From: a virus
Virus record (IMG/VR): IMGVR_UViG_3300044858_004394
Location: 5,748 to 69,747 of that record
Strand: one strand, 5' to 3'
DNA length: 64,000 nucleotides
The notes beneath the pieces were generated by a model. It searched no databases and had not been told where the DNA came from. It saw only the letters and a list, made by a program, of their open reading frames with translations. Of the stretch, positions 48,014 to 57,700 are shown one piece after another. The stretch's first letter is position 1. Each line of letters opens with the position of its first letter. The position numbers and the translations under genes are program-made.

Positions 48014-48229
48014 ATGATTGTCGATGTCTGGAAGTGCCCCCTGTGCAAATCTGAACTTCAGTCGTCAGGCGTCATCGTCGCAAACGACCAAGAGTGCAGC
48101 GTGTTTCAGTGCGACGACTGCGTGGTTGTAAAGCCGGTGTTCGGCGAACCATTCGACGTTGCGCTGACGTTCGCCGTGAACGACGCCGGCGAGGCGTTCG
48201 ATCCTGTCGATGACGAGGTCATCGGCTAG
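48014..48229 (+). CDS. Small Zn-ribbon protein
   Basis: CPLC...CDDC; divergent from the HTH gene. Confidence 0.5.
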   Translation: MIVDVWKCPLCKSELQSSGVIVANDQECSVFQCDDCVVVKPVFGEPFDVALTFAVNDAGEAFDPVDDEVIG

Positions 48230-48612
48230 AACGACGATACTGGCCGGGGAAGCTGCCGCAGGTAGTTGAACATCCCTTGAAGCGTGATTGACCGCGGCCC
48301 GTCCACGGCTACCTCTCGCGATTTCTTGCCGTCCTTGACGATCATGAACTCCTGAACGGCGATGCCCTGCGCCGTGAAACGAATCGCGACGACGGCGGCT
48401 GCGGTCTGGCCGCACATGACATCGACCTCAAAATACGGCTCTTCCTCTGGATCGTACCCGGCCGCGTCCGGCTGCGGGCCGGCGATCTCCGACAGAATGA
48501 TGTCCTCAAACGGAATCAAGGCCGCGCGGAGGCAGACCAGATTCGGCGCGAACCTCCGAACCATGTCGAGCCTCGCGTTGATGTCGGCAGCAATGTCACT
48601 CTCGCAGTTCAT
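48226..48612 (-). CDS. Hypothetical protein
   Basis: MNCESDIAA... with RBS and ATGA overlap. Confidence 0.5.
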   Translation of the reverse strand: MNCESDIAADINARLDMVRRFAPNLVCLRAALIPFEDIILSEIAGPQPDAAGYDPEEEPYFEVDVMCGQTAAAVVAIRFTAQGIAVQEFMIVKDGKKSREVAVDGPRSITLQGMFNYLRQLPRPVSSF

Positions 48613-49028
48613 GGCAGCACCCCTTCCTTTCTGATGATTCGACGTTCCCCGGACAGAAGTATCACGTAAGCCGGGAAACCAGTGGCGTCCGACATCTTCG
48701 CTATAAATTCCCACATGGCGGCGACGCCGCCGGCCCGCGTCTCTCTGGCGATGATCGTTTCCGCCCCCAGCTTCGTACTCCGCGTCTCCAGAATCACTCC
48801 GCACTTATCCGGCCGTAGCTCCATCGGCATCGGCGTCTGAAGCCACATGCACTTGTAGTCTCGGCACGGCGTCGGCCGTGTGGAGTAGATTGCACAGCCT
48901 GCGGCGCACTGGTGCTGACACCTTTGCCCAGCCGGCTTTGCGACCGCCTCGACGGACAGCGCGACGCAGCACTCTTGGCATGTGCCGCACCGCTTTCGGT
49001 GGCGCCTCGCCTTGTTTCCCCTCCCCAT
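48609..49028 (-). CDS. YkgJ-like Zn/Fe-chelating (CxxCxxCC) protein
   Basis: CGTCQECC...CAIYSTRPTPCRDYKC. Confidence 0.75.
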   Translation of the reverse strand: MGRGNKARRHRKRCGTCQECCVALSVEAVAKPAGQRCQHQCAAGCAIYSTRPTPCRDYKCMWLQTPMPMELRPDKCGVILETRSTKLGAETIIARETRAGGVAAMWEFIAKMSDATGFPAYVILLSGERRIIRKEGVLP

Positions 49029-49029
49029 G

Positions 49030-49332
49030 TCAGCCTCCCTTGGTTTTGCCCTTGCCGGCCATCCTCTTCTCCGCAAGCGACTTCCGCCGGCACCGCGGGC
49101 ATTCGTAAGTGACGCCCTGCGCCCAGTACCTCGCGAAGAATGCCACCAAGTCCGCTGGCGCCGGCTTGCGCAGCCGCCCCGGCCCGTGCATCAGCACCTC
49201 CGTCTTCTCATAGCCGCAAGGCCATCGGTACGTCAGCTTGTTTCCGTCGCGTCCGACAACCTTGGCACGGCCGCCGGCCCCGTGAAGGAGTCCGCAGGTC
49301 GTCGCGTGCTTTTTGATTGTGCTTCGGGCCAT
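49030..49332 (-). CDS. Hypothetical protein
   Basis: MARSTIKK...CPRC. Confidence 0.45.
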   Translation of the reverse strand: MARSTIKKHATTCGLLHGAGGRAKVVGRDGNKLTYRWPCGYEKTEVLMHGPGRLRKPAPADLVAFFARYWAQGVTYECPRCRRKSLAEKRMAGKGKTKGG

Positions 49333-49336
49333 GAGA

Positions 49337-49561
49337 CTACTCCCTCTCTGGCTTGATCCACGTGTGTCCATATCGATAGTTGTAGTCGGCGGCAGCGGCC
49401 TCCGCCGCCGCACGACTACTGTACACCTCATGCCGCAGCACCAGACCGGAGCCGCGAGCCATCGCGTACGTGGCAAGCGCTCGCGGCAACTCCTCCTTCG
49501 TGCAGGCGAAGCCGTGGTGAATCACGACCGCAAGCCTTGTCCCGGCGACAACGTAGCTCAT
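49337..49561 (-). CDS. Hypothetical protein
   Basis: 74-aa ORF with RBS. Confidence 0.45.
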   Translation of the reverse strand: MSYVVAGTRLAVVIHHGFACTKEELPRALATYAMARGSGLVLRHEVYSSRAAAEAAAADYNYRYGHTWIKPERE

Positions 49562-49578
49562 GAAAGTCTCCCTTCGAT

Positions 49579-50586
49579 TCAGTCCAGTGCGAACAGCTTC
49601 CGGAACGCGGCGTCGATTGCCGGCATCTCGGACTCCAGCGGATAAGGATACCGTGCCTCGCCGCAGCCGAACTGGTTCAGCTTGAGGATGTTCGCGAGGT
49701 AGTCATTGTTGACGTTCGCCCGCACCCATGCCTCAAACGCCCGAGCCAGCATCTCTTCCGGCTTGGAGTAGTACTTCGCTCCGGACCGCGACCGATCCGC
49801 CTCCGCGCTCCGCTTCCGCAGTCCGTAAGGAATCGCTCGCAGCACCTCCCGCAGTCCGGCGGAGGCCGACAGGCCCGGCAGGCCAGCCGACACGCAAGCG
49901 TTGTGGTCATAAGCGTGGAACCACTCGTGAGCAAGGCACCCCGCGCCGTGCGGCTTGGTCAGGTTGATGACCTTGTGTGCCAGTTCGTAGTGGGCCGCAG
50001 CCTTGCCGTGACCTCTCGCGCCGAACGCGAGGCCGAGGCGACCGCCGAAGGCGATTGCCTCTGGCGCGAGCCGCAGGAAGTTGGCGAGGTCGAGGAAGGC
50101 GTCGTGCGCCTGATTGAGGCACAGGTCGCGGTCCTTCTGCCAATTTCCGAATTGGACGCCGTAGGGCTTGAACACCTCCATGAACCGCTCCGGAGCGACA
50201 TCGGCGCCGCCGCGATAGTCGGGGCCGACACGCGGCATGTTGCGCTCGCCGCGCAGCTTCAGGTCGTTCACCTTCTCCCGCTCTCGGACATCGTTCCACA
50301 GCGCGAGGAGGATTTCGCGGGAGTCGGGGAGCCGCCAGAACTCGGCGAGCGCCTCACGCGATGCGAACTCCTTCAGCCGGCGGTGGCCGCGGTCGCCCTT
50401 CTTCTCGATCCACCACAGGCTCGCCGCGCGGTGGCGGTAGGCCGCGAACACGGCCGGCTTGGCATCGCCGCGGGGCTTCTTCGGCTTCGCCGCGTCGCCT
50501 TCCGGCTTGTTGACGCGTGGGGCCGCGCGGTCCTTTTTTGCACCTGCGATCTTCTGCCCGAAGTCACCGATCACTGCGTTGTTCAT
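49579..50586 (-). CDS. LPD1-domain (large polyvalent protein) protein
   Basis: DFGQKIAGAKKD, GVQFGNW, LAFGARG, AAHYE, GCLAHEWFHA, EMLARAFE and YPYP motifs. Confidence 0.8.
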   Translation of the reverse strand: MNNAVIGDFGQKIAGAKKDRAAPRVNKPEGDAAKPKKPRGDAKPAVFAAYRHRAASLWWIEKKGDRGHRRLKEFASREALAEFWRLPDSREILLALWNDVREREKVNDLKLRGERNMPRVGPDYRGGADVAPERFMEVFKPYGVQFGNWQKDRDLCLNQAHDAFLDLANFLRLAPEAIAFGGRLGLAFGARGHGKAAAHYELAHKVINLTKPHGAGCLAHEWFHAYDHNACVSAGLPGLSASAGLREVLRAIPYGLRKRSAEADRSRSGAKYYSKPEEMLARAFEAWVRANVNNDYLANILKLNQFGCGEARYPYPLESEMPAIDAAFRKLFALD

Positions 50587-50668
50587 TCTGTCCTCCCTTC
50601 TGGACACCTGTTATACGCATCTGCCTACAAACGGTTCGCCACGGTTTTCTGCCGGCGGCGGCGGTGCG

Positions 50669-51316
50669 TTAGGCCGCACCGCGCCCGCCGAACTCCAACA
50701 CCTCGCCCTCCGGAAACTCGCTGACACTGCCCGGCAGGCCGTGCCGCAGGGAAGCCAGCCAGAACGCGCCGGCGGTTTCTCCGATGTGCAGCGGCTGGCC
50801 GTTGGCCCGCGCGCCGATCAGCCGGTCCGGCCACAGTGCGAGCGACACGAACGGGCTGACGCCCATAGCTTCGCTGCATGCCCGGACCATCCGGTTCATC
50901 GGCTTGCCGCGAAACTTCTTGAGCATGAGGCCAATCACCTCGCTGTCGCATTCGGTCTGCATTCGCAGCCGGTGCTTTTTGACAATCGATTCGTAGTGGT
51001 GAATCACACCGTTGTGAACGACCCACGAGTCGCCGCCGTCGTGCGGGTGGTTGTTGAGGTTGTTCGCGGGGTCGCCGTGAGTCGCGTACCGGCAGTGGCC
51101 GATCAGCATCTCCGCACCCGCTGCCATGCCGAGCAGGCCAAGCGAACTCGACACGCGGCCGTGCTGCTTGAAGGTCCGCACCTTGCCGCGGCGGTCCACC
51201 CACGCCATGCCCCACGCGTGAGGCCCGCGAAGCTCCGTCACCCGTGCGATCTGCTTGAGAACCGCAAGGTCTACACGCTTGTTGCCCTTTGACACGAAAC
51301 CGAACACGCCACACAT
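50669..51316 (-). CDS. Class II (Ntn) glutamine amidotransferase
   Basis: MCGVFG, RGPHAWG, GHCRYATHG, NNHP, HNG and DSEV motifs. Confidence 0.9.
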   Translation of the reverse strand: MCGVFGFVSKGNKRVDLAVLKQIARVTELRGPHAWGMAWVDRRGKVRTFKQHGRVSSSLGLLGMAAGAEMLIGHCRYATHGDPANNLNNHPHDGGDSWVVHNGVIHHYESIVKKHRLRMQTECDSEVIGLMLKKFRGKPMNRMVRACSEAMGVSPFVSLALWPDRLIGARANGQPLHIGETAGAFWLASLRHGLPGSVSEFPEGEVLEFGGRGAA

Positions 51317-51346
51317 TGCGAAGCCCTCCTTCTTGGTTTTTGCTTA

Positions 51347-52231
51347 TCAGCCCTGCCCGCCGTCGCCGCCGCCGCCTTCGGCGGCAGCGGACGCGGCGTC
51401 ATACTTCCGGGCGAGCCGCAAGACTTCCCGGACATCGGAGTCGAGGTTGTCGGCCCCGAGCGCCCCGAACTTCTTCCGGCCGTACTTCCGGGTTCCGAAC
51501 CCCTCATAAGTCCAGCCGAGGGAGAAGACGAGCCGAGCGACTTCCTTCTCACCGGCACCGTTGGTCCGGAACAAGCCTCCCGCCTTGGCGGGGTTGTTCC
51601 ACGGCACCGGAGCGGAGGACTCGACAGCCTTCTCCACCAGCCCGACGCAGAGCCGGACCCACGCGCTGATCTTCACCGCGTTGAGGCTCGCGCCGAAGAC
51701 GCGGAACTCGACGGTCGGCTTCCGGCCGGTCTTCAGGTTCAACAAGTGGTACCGATCAGACTCGGAGGCCCGGATCGCCCGCCCGGCGCTCCCGTATTGC
51801 TTGATCGACTTGCACCAGTGGGTTCCGTACCGGCCGCCGACTCCGCGCTCGCGAGAGAGGGTTCCGGTGACCGCGTACAGCGCCTTCTCGTGGTTCGCGA
51901 CAAGCTGCGCCAGCTTTCGCTTTGCGGCCTTGTTGCTCTTGTCGAAGTCGATGTGAACGTGAAGGCCGCACGAGGCGTTGACCTGACCGCCGCGAGCCTT
52001 GATCTCGGCGACGACCGCGTGAAGCTGACGCAGGCCATCGGCCCCGTCGAGGATCGGCGAGACGAACTCGACGCCGAACCGCCCGCTGTTGGGCGGGACA
52101 ATCGAAGGGTCAGCGTCCGCGAGCCAGCCCGCCGGGAGCCACGGCACCGGAGCGCCGTTTCCGTGGGGGCCGCGGTTGACCGAACCGACCGGCATGTGGG
52201 TTTCAATCTCGACTGCAAAGCGAAGTGCCAT
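51347..52231 (-). CDS. Phage amidoligase (COOH-NH2 ligase)
   Basis: FAVEIE, EFVSPIL, SCGLHVH, RYHLLN and TVEFR motifs. Confidence 0.88.
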   Translation of the reverse strand: MALRFAVEIETHMPVGSVNRGPHGNGAPVPWLPAGWLADADPSIVPPNSGRFGVEFVSPILDGADGLRQLHAVVAEIKARGGQVNASCGLHVHIDFDKSNKAAKRKLAQLVANHEKALYAVTGTLSRERGVGGRYGTHWCKSIKQYGSAGRAIRASESDRYHLLNLKTGRKPTVEFRVFGASLNAVKISAWVRLCVGLVEKAVESSAPVPWNNPAKAGGLFRTNGAGEKEVARLVFSLGWTYEGFGTRKYGRKKFGALGADNLDSDVREVLRLARKYDAASAAAEGGGGDGGQG

Positions 52232-52387
52232 CTTCGTGTCCTCCCGGCGGGCGCCATGCCCGCCACACCGATTATACGCAACTGACGATAAAGGGTTCGG
52301 TCGTCGGTTCGTTTTTTTCTTTTGCTGCCGTGGCCGCTGGCTGGCCGTAGGAAGGGCGGAGTCTCTGGCCGTCCCGGAAGCCGCCGG

Positions 52388-52645
52388 CTAGGCGGCGTGG
52401 CCTCCAGCCTCGCGCCCCGCTGCCGGGCAGGCCGTCGGCATGCCTAGCAGCTTCAGTTCGTCGAAGCCCCACCACCAGCCGGTGTCGAACTCCGTGTCAT
52501 ACCTCCGGGCGATGACGCGGTCGCCGGCCGTCTCGATCATGCCGATGCCGAGGTGCCCGCACTTGGCACAGCGGACCAGCACGCGCGGTCTGTGCGTCTG
52601 GTGCGCGTACTTCGCATCGGCCACGTATAGGTCATGCGGCGTCAT
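52388..52645 (-). CDS. Hypothetical Zn-binding protein
   Basis: MTPHDLY...CAKCG. Confidence 0.45.
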   Translation of the reverse strand: MTPHDLYVADAKYAHQTHRPRVLVRCAKCGHLGIGMIETAGDRVIARRYDTEFDTGWWWGFDELKLLGMPTACPAAGREAGGHAA

Positions 52646-53018
52646 CGGAGTCGCCTCGCATTCCGGCCCAGTCGCCGTTGGGCACCAGTTGCCTGCCGAC
52701 GGTATGCCGCTGGGAAATCTGGTAAGCCCACGCTTCCACGCTGCCGTGACGCTCGACATTGGCGACGACGCGGATTCGGTCATAGAGGCCGACCGCGACG
52801 CCCTCCAGCCGGTCGAGGGCCGCGAGCGACGCATCGTCGATATCCCATACTTCGCCGTAGACGGTCCCGTGTCCGTCGTCCTGACGGAGGCCGGGGAAGC
52901 CGTTGAGGTTGTAGAGCATGCCCGCAGTCGTGGCCCGGCCAACCAGCCGGCCCTGCATGAGCCGGTTGTTGCCGAAGCCAGACATGAGCGTGCCGTAGAC
53001 GAAAACTCGATTGTTCAC
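52632..53018 (-). CDS. Gamma-glutamylcyclotransferase (AIG2-like)
   Basis: VFVYGTL...VYGEVW...LDRLEG...YDR. Confidence 0.9.
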   Translation of the reverse strand: MNNRVFVYGTLMSGFGNNRLMQGRLVGRATTAGMLYNLNGFPGLRQDDGHGTVYGEVWDIDDASLAALDRLEGVAVGLYDRIRVVANVERHGSVEAWAYQISQRHTVGRQLVPNGDWAGMRGDSDDAA

Positions 53019-54456
53019 TGTGCTACCTCCCTTGCAATCAGGTCGATGGCGTGCCCGCGGCCTTCGTATGAAGAGCCGACGAACCGGCTCCCGTGGCCGA
53101 CCCCGACGTATGCCTTCCACGGCGAGCCGCGCTGCTTCTCCAGAAGCCCGACCGGGACGCCGCTGTTTTTCACCACGTAGCAGTCGGCTTTCTTGTTCCA
53201 TGCCTCGCTACGGTCAATGCTGTGAACCTCCATAGCCATCGCAACACCTCCCTCTTGAAATGAACCTGTCACTCCACGCTCCACTCGCCAACCGTGTTTC
53301 CGTTGGCGTCCCTGATCTTCCCCTCGTCATGCACGGCGCCGGCCGCGACCTTGTCCGCAAGCTCGTGGAGGATGCGGCCAAGCTCGCCGGCGTCCTCAAA
53401 GGCTGCGTTGCCCATCTCGATGCGGATCGTCAGTTTCATGGCATCTGCCCCTCTTTCTTCAGGAACTTCTCAGCTATCACCTTCGCCCGCTTGACGGTGC
53501 GGGCGCTCCCGACTTCCTCTGCGAGGCAACCAGCGCGAATGACAGTGACGACGTAGTGACGGGTCTTTCGCCAGCCCCTCATGTTGTCCCCCGTCGTTCC
53601 GACCCTGCCGCCGATGTAAACCGGAGGCTTGGAGTTGAGGGCCGCGTAGAAGGGCGTGTCACATCCGCCCCACCTGCCCGTTTTTTCCACTTGATCATCA
53701 TGATGCCACCCCATTGCCTTTGCGAAACACTCCTCCCTCACTCGCCCGCGTAGTCGTCGGGAAGCGAGATCACAGCCACCCGCGCCCCGGTCCGATAGAG
53801 CTTTTTTGGCCCGAACTGCTCGCCCCGGTGGTACATGCGGTAGCCGTGCCGCTCCTTGATCATGTAGATGCCGTTCTCAGAAGCCCTGAATCGAAACTTG
53901 CCGCCAACGGGGATGTTTCGATAAAGAGCGTTGCATCCCCACTCGATCGCCCAACCAACCGCATAACCGGCGTCGTTCATCGTTGCTCTCCCCTCTCTCT
54001 TGTCACAGGCTCGCGAGAGCCGCCGCAAACCCCTTGCTCACGCCGCTGACGTTCTCCACGAAGTGGCCGTGAAGCAGCGCCGAGTAACCGCCGACACCCG
54101 AACCGTCCGACCCCCACATGCTGCCGCCCCTCGCCGAAACGAGGCTCAACAGCCCGTAGTATTCGCCGTCCGCGGCGACGTAGGCCGCGTTGTCTCCGGG
54201 CGAAAAGTGCTTCGCGACGGAAACCACGTTGCCCCTGACGGACCAGCGCCACCCCGCGGCCTTGCAGGCATCGGCGAACTTCGCCGCCGCAACCGCCGCC
54301 TTCCCCTTTCTCATCAGCCATCTCTCCTTCCGCCGGGCGGCACGCCCGACATCCTTTATACGCATCTGCCGACTAATGGTTCGGCCGTCGCTCGGATTTC
54401 TCTCCCCGGCATCCCAAAGATTTTTTGGGCTTGGTACGGTGTTTGACGAAAACGCG

Positions 54457-54711
54457 CTACTCGCCGCAGCCGCAGCCGTCGTGGCGTTCGCCGACCGTCC
54501 GGACGGGCGCGGTCGTCTCGATCCAGACACGCGCGCCGCATGACAGCGGCTTGTCCGGGCTGTAGACGACGACCGACGGCCCGTCGATTTCGACGGCGTG
54601 GCAGTAGGTGTTGCGGCGGCCTTGCTTCACGGTCAGCACGGGTTCGCGAGCGCCGGTCTTGGCGTTTCGCCTGATAACGTGCTGGTTCACGTGTATGCGA
54701 GTCTTCGCCAC
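54457..54711 (-). CDS. Small phage protein of unknown function
   Basis: RIHVNQHVIR...YSPDKPLSCGARVWIET, a pattern I recognise from other phages. Confidence 0.7.
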   Translation of the reverse strand: MAKTRIHVNQHVIRRNAKTGAREPVLTVKQGRRNTYCHAVEIDGPSVVVYSPDKPLSCGARVWIETTAPVRTVGERHDGCGCGE

Positions 54712-57700
54712 GGTTCACCTACTGCGCCAGTTCACCCTCGCGCCGCTCCCGTTTCTTGGCCGCTGCTTTGCTGCGCTCTTCCCAGCGGCGCCGCATCCAT
54801 TCATGGTACTTGGCTCGTCGAAGCTTCCGGTTGTCTCTGTTCGCTGTCATCCTCGCGTCTCCGTGCGATGGTAGTGGTGTGCCTACTCTTTCTTTGACCG
54901 TGCCGCCCGCGCGGCCCGGCGAGCCTCGGCCCGCGCTGCGGCCCGCGCGGCCTGCGACATCAACTGCTCCGCCTGATCTGCGATCCACGCCGCGATGGCA
55001 GTAGCCTCGTTCGCTGTCAGAAAGATCGAGGCTCTGTCCGGCGACTTCCCCGGCTCATGCTCCCCGACCACAAGAAGGCCGATGGTGTCTTCCCCGCGGT
55101 GCCCCTCGATCCGGGCAGGGAACCGCGTCCAGAGGGTCTGCGTCTTCCACATGTGGCGCTTTGTCCGTGCGCTGCTCATTGCCGTCTCCCTTTGCTAGAA
55201 GTTTCTTCACGTACCGGGCGAACCGACGCCGGTAGTTCGCATCCTTCAACTCTTCATCCGTGACGTACTTTCCACAGCACGGGCAGCGGCGAATGTCCGT
55301 CAGCCCTTGAATGTCAACGAAGCCGTCGTTCTCTCTCGTGATATCGAGCCTGCACAGCTTGCAGGCCATGATCTGGAGAAGCTCCATCCTCATGACGCGA
55401 GCCTCCGCCGCTTCGGCCTGCCGGCAAGCGACCGCACCTTCCCCGTCACCCGATAGGGCCGGGCGACGATGATGCCGGGCGCAGGGCTTCGCCGCTTCGT
55501 GATGGCGAGCGCGGCGAAGCCGCCGTCCCGCTTGCTGAACGCCTCGATCCATGCGCGGCTTCTGTACTTCGCCAGCCGCAGGAACACGAACGGCCCCTTC
55601 GCCGCCATGCTCACGCGAACCCGCTTCCCTCCGCCGGCCGGTTCGGCGAGGTAGTACGGTCCGTCCTTCGCCCGGAAGATGTCGCCGTGCTGGAGAACCA
55701 CACGGTCGCTCACCCGGTACTCGCTCTCATACGTGACGTTCATCGGTCCCTCTCTTTCTGAAACGTCGGAAACACAAACAATCAGCGCACGCGTTTTCCC
55801 TTCCTCTTGGCCTTCGCCTCGCGGTGCTTCTCAAGCTCGACCATCGCATCGGCGATGATCCTCGCCATCGCGGGGCTTTCCTTGACCACCGATGCGCCGA
55901 GCATCAGTAGTCGCATCTCAAGCTCGCTTGGTTTGCGCATTGCTGCTAGTTCCCTCCATTGATGTTCCGGCCGCTGGCATCGAGAACGTACCACTCGCCG
56001 GCGTGGTTCGCCTCGGCGTACTCGTTGGCCGCGTCGTCGTCCGCTGCCACGAATCGCTCCACAACGTCGAACTCTCCGTCAGTGCGGACGAACGCGATGG
56101 CGTATTCTTTGCCAGTCGTGACAAGCCTCGCGAAGTCGCTGATCGACGGGTTGTCAGATTCACCGAACGCTTTCATTGCGCCGCCTCCCTTTCGTATCGT
56201 GCCTCCGCCACCAGAATGCCCTCATACAGTAGCTCTGCGGCTCGCCTCGCCTCCGCAACGCTGCCCAGTCGCGACAGCCCCTCGATCAGCTTCCCGGTTC
56301 GGTCGAATGCCCGCACGAGATAGCCGCTGACTCCCTTGCCCTTCTGAACCTCCAGCCGCTTGACCGGCCCGTCGAACCCGACGCTGATCACGCCGTACTT
56401 AGTCCACTTGATCATTGCTCGCCCTCCCGTCGCTGAGTGTTTGAACCGGCCCTCTCAACTAGCTCGATCAACCTCGCTTCCAGTGCGTCGGCAGCGTTGT
56501 AGCGGCGAGTTGCCTTCCACCCGCTGAACCGCCTCCCGCTCTTCTTGTTCTCCTCGATCAGCAGAAGTTGTATTCCGTCGAGGAGCAGTCCGACCTCGGA
56601 CTTCGTCAGCTTCGCGTGAACGTGCATCGCAGTCGCCTTCCTTTCTCTCGCTGTCACCCTGCCGGAACCCTCTGAGCAAGAATCTCCCTCGCCTCTTGCT
56701 CGGCGTTGCGGAACGCGTCCGCGACGGCGTCGGCTTCCGCCCCGCCGCACCGCGGCGCCACCGACGCCGCGATGGCGTCGAGGTCTTCCTTGCGCAGCCG
56801 CTTGGCTCCGCACAGAAACACCCCGAACGACTTCGCCGGAAGGTGGACTCCGCGATCATTGCGAAACTTGTTGAGTAGGTGGTAGGGGGAGATGCCGGGC
56901 GGGTAGTACGGCGAAGGCTCGACCTTGTGGGCCGGGAACGCTACGAACGAGTAACCTCGGCCTTGCCCTCCGCGCAGCCCTCGCCAATAAGCCACCCGCC
57001 CAACCACGTAGACGCCATCACCTAAATCCTTGACGAACGCGTCTCGCTCAATGTTTTTTCGTCGCTCCGACGGAGGGACTCGCCTGCGTCGCCTCATTGC
57101 TTTCACTCCTCTCGATTCGGGAAGCCGAACAATCAACGCTGCTTCTGCTTGGCCGCAGCTTGCTCCTCCAGCACGATCAGTCGCCCCAGCCACGCCGCGT
57201 AGTCGTCCGCTCGCGGCTTGCTGTCCTTTCGGTAGAACTCGCGAACCATCTTCAAGCCGGGCTTCCCCGGCTCGGCCACGCCGACGACGTAGATGATCGC
57301 CTTGCCCGGCGCGCGTCGCTCTGCAAAGGAAACTCGCTTCATTGCCACTCCCTCACCTCCGGTCCCGGCAGCAACCGCCGCCGACACCCTTTATACGCAC
57401 ATGCCGACTAGGTTGTTCGCGCGTCACTTCTCGATCCACAGGCACCACGCATCCGCTGGATCGTGTCGGACCCCGCCACGAACCGGCGCCCGGTCCGGGC
57501 CGCTGAACGCGACCTCGCCGACTCTTGGCCGATAGTAGCCGGCGGCTATCAGCACATTGATGCAATCGCGGGCCATCGACTTGATGTCGTTCGCCTCGGC
57601 ATGAGCGAGAGCGTCGTGAATCGCGTCGGCCACATCGTACCCCTCATACCCCTCGGCGTCGGAGTAGGTGTCCATGTAGTAGGCCACCTCTTCGCGGAGC

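Noticed and set aside
54900-54955. gcccgcgcgg short repeats
   Set aside because: Explained by Ala/Arg-rich coding sequence (ARAAARAEARRAARAAR)
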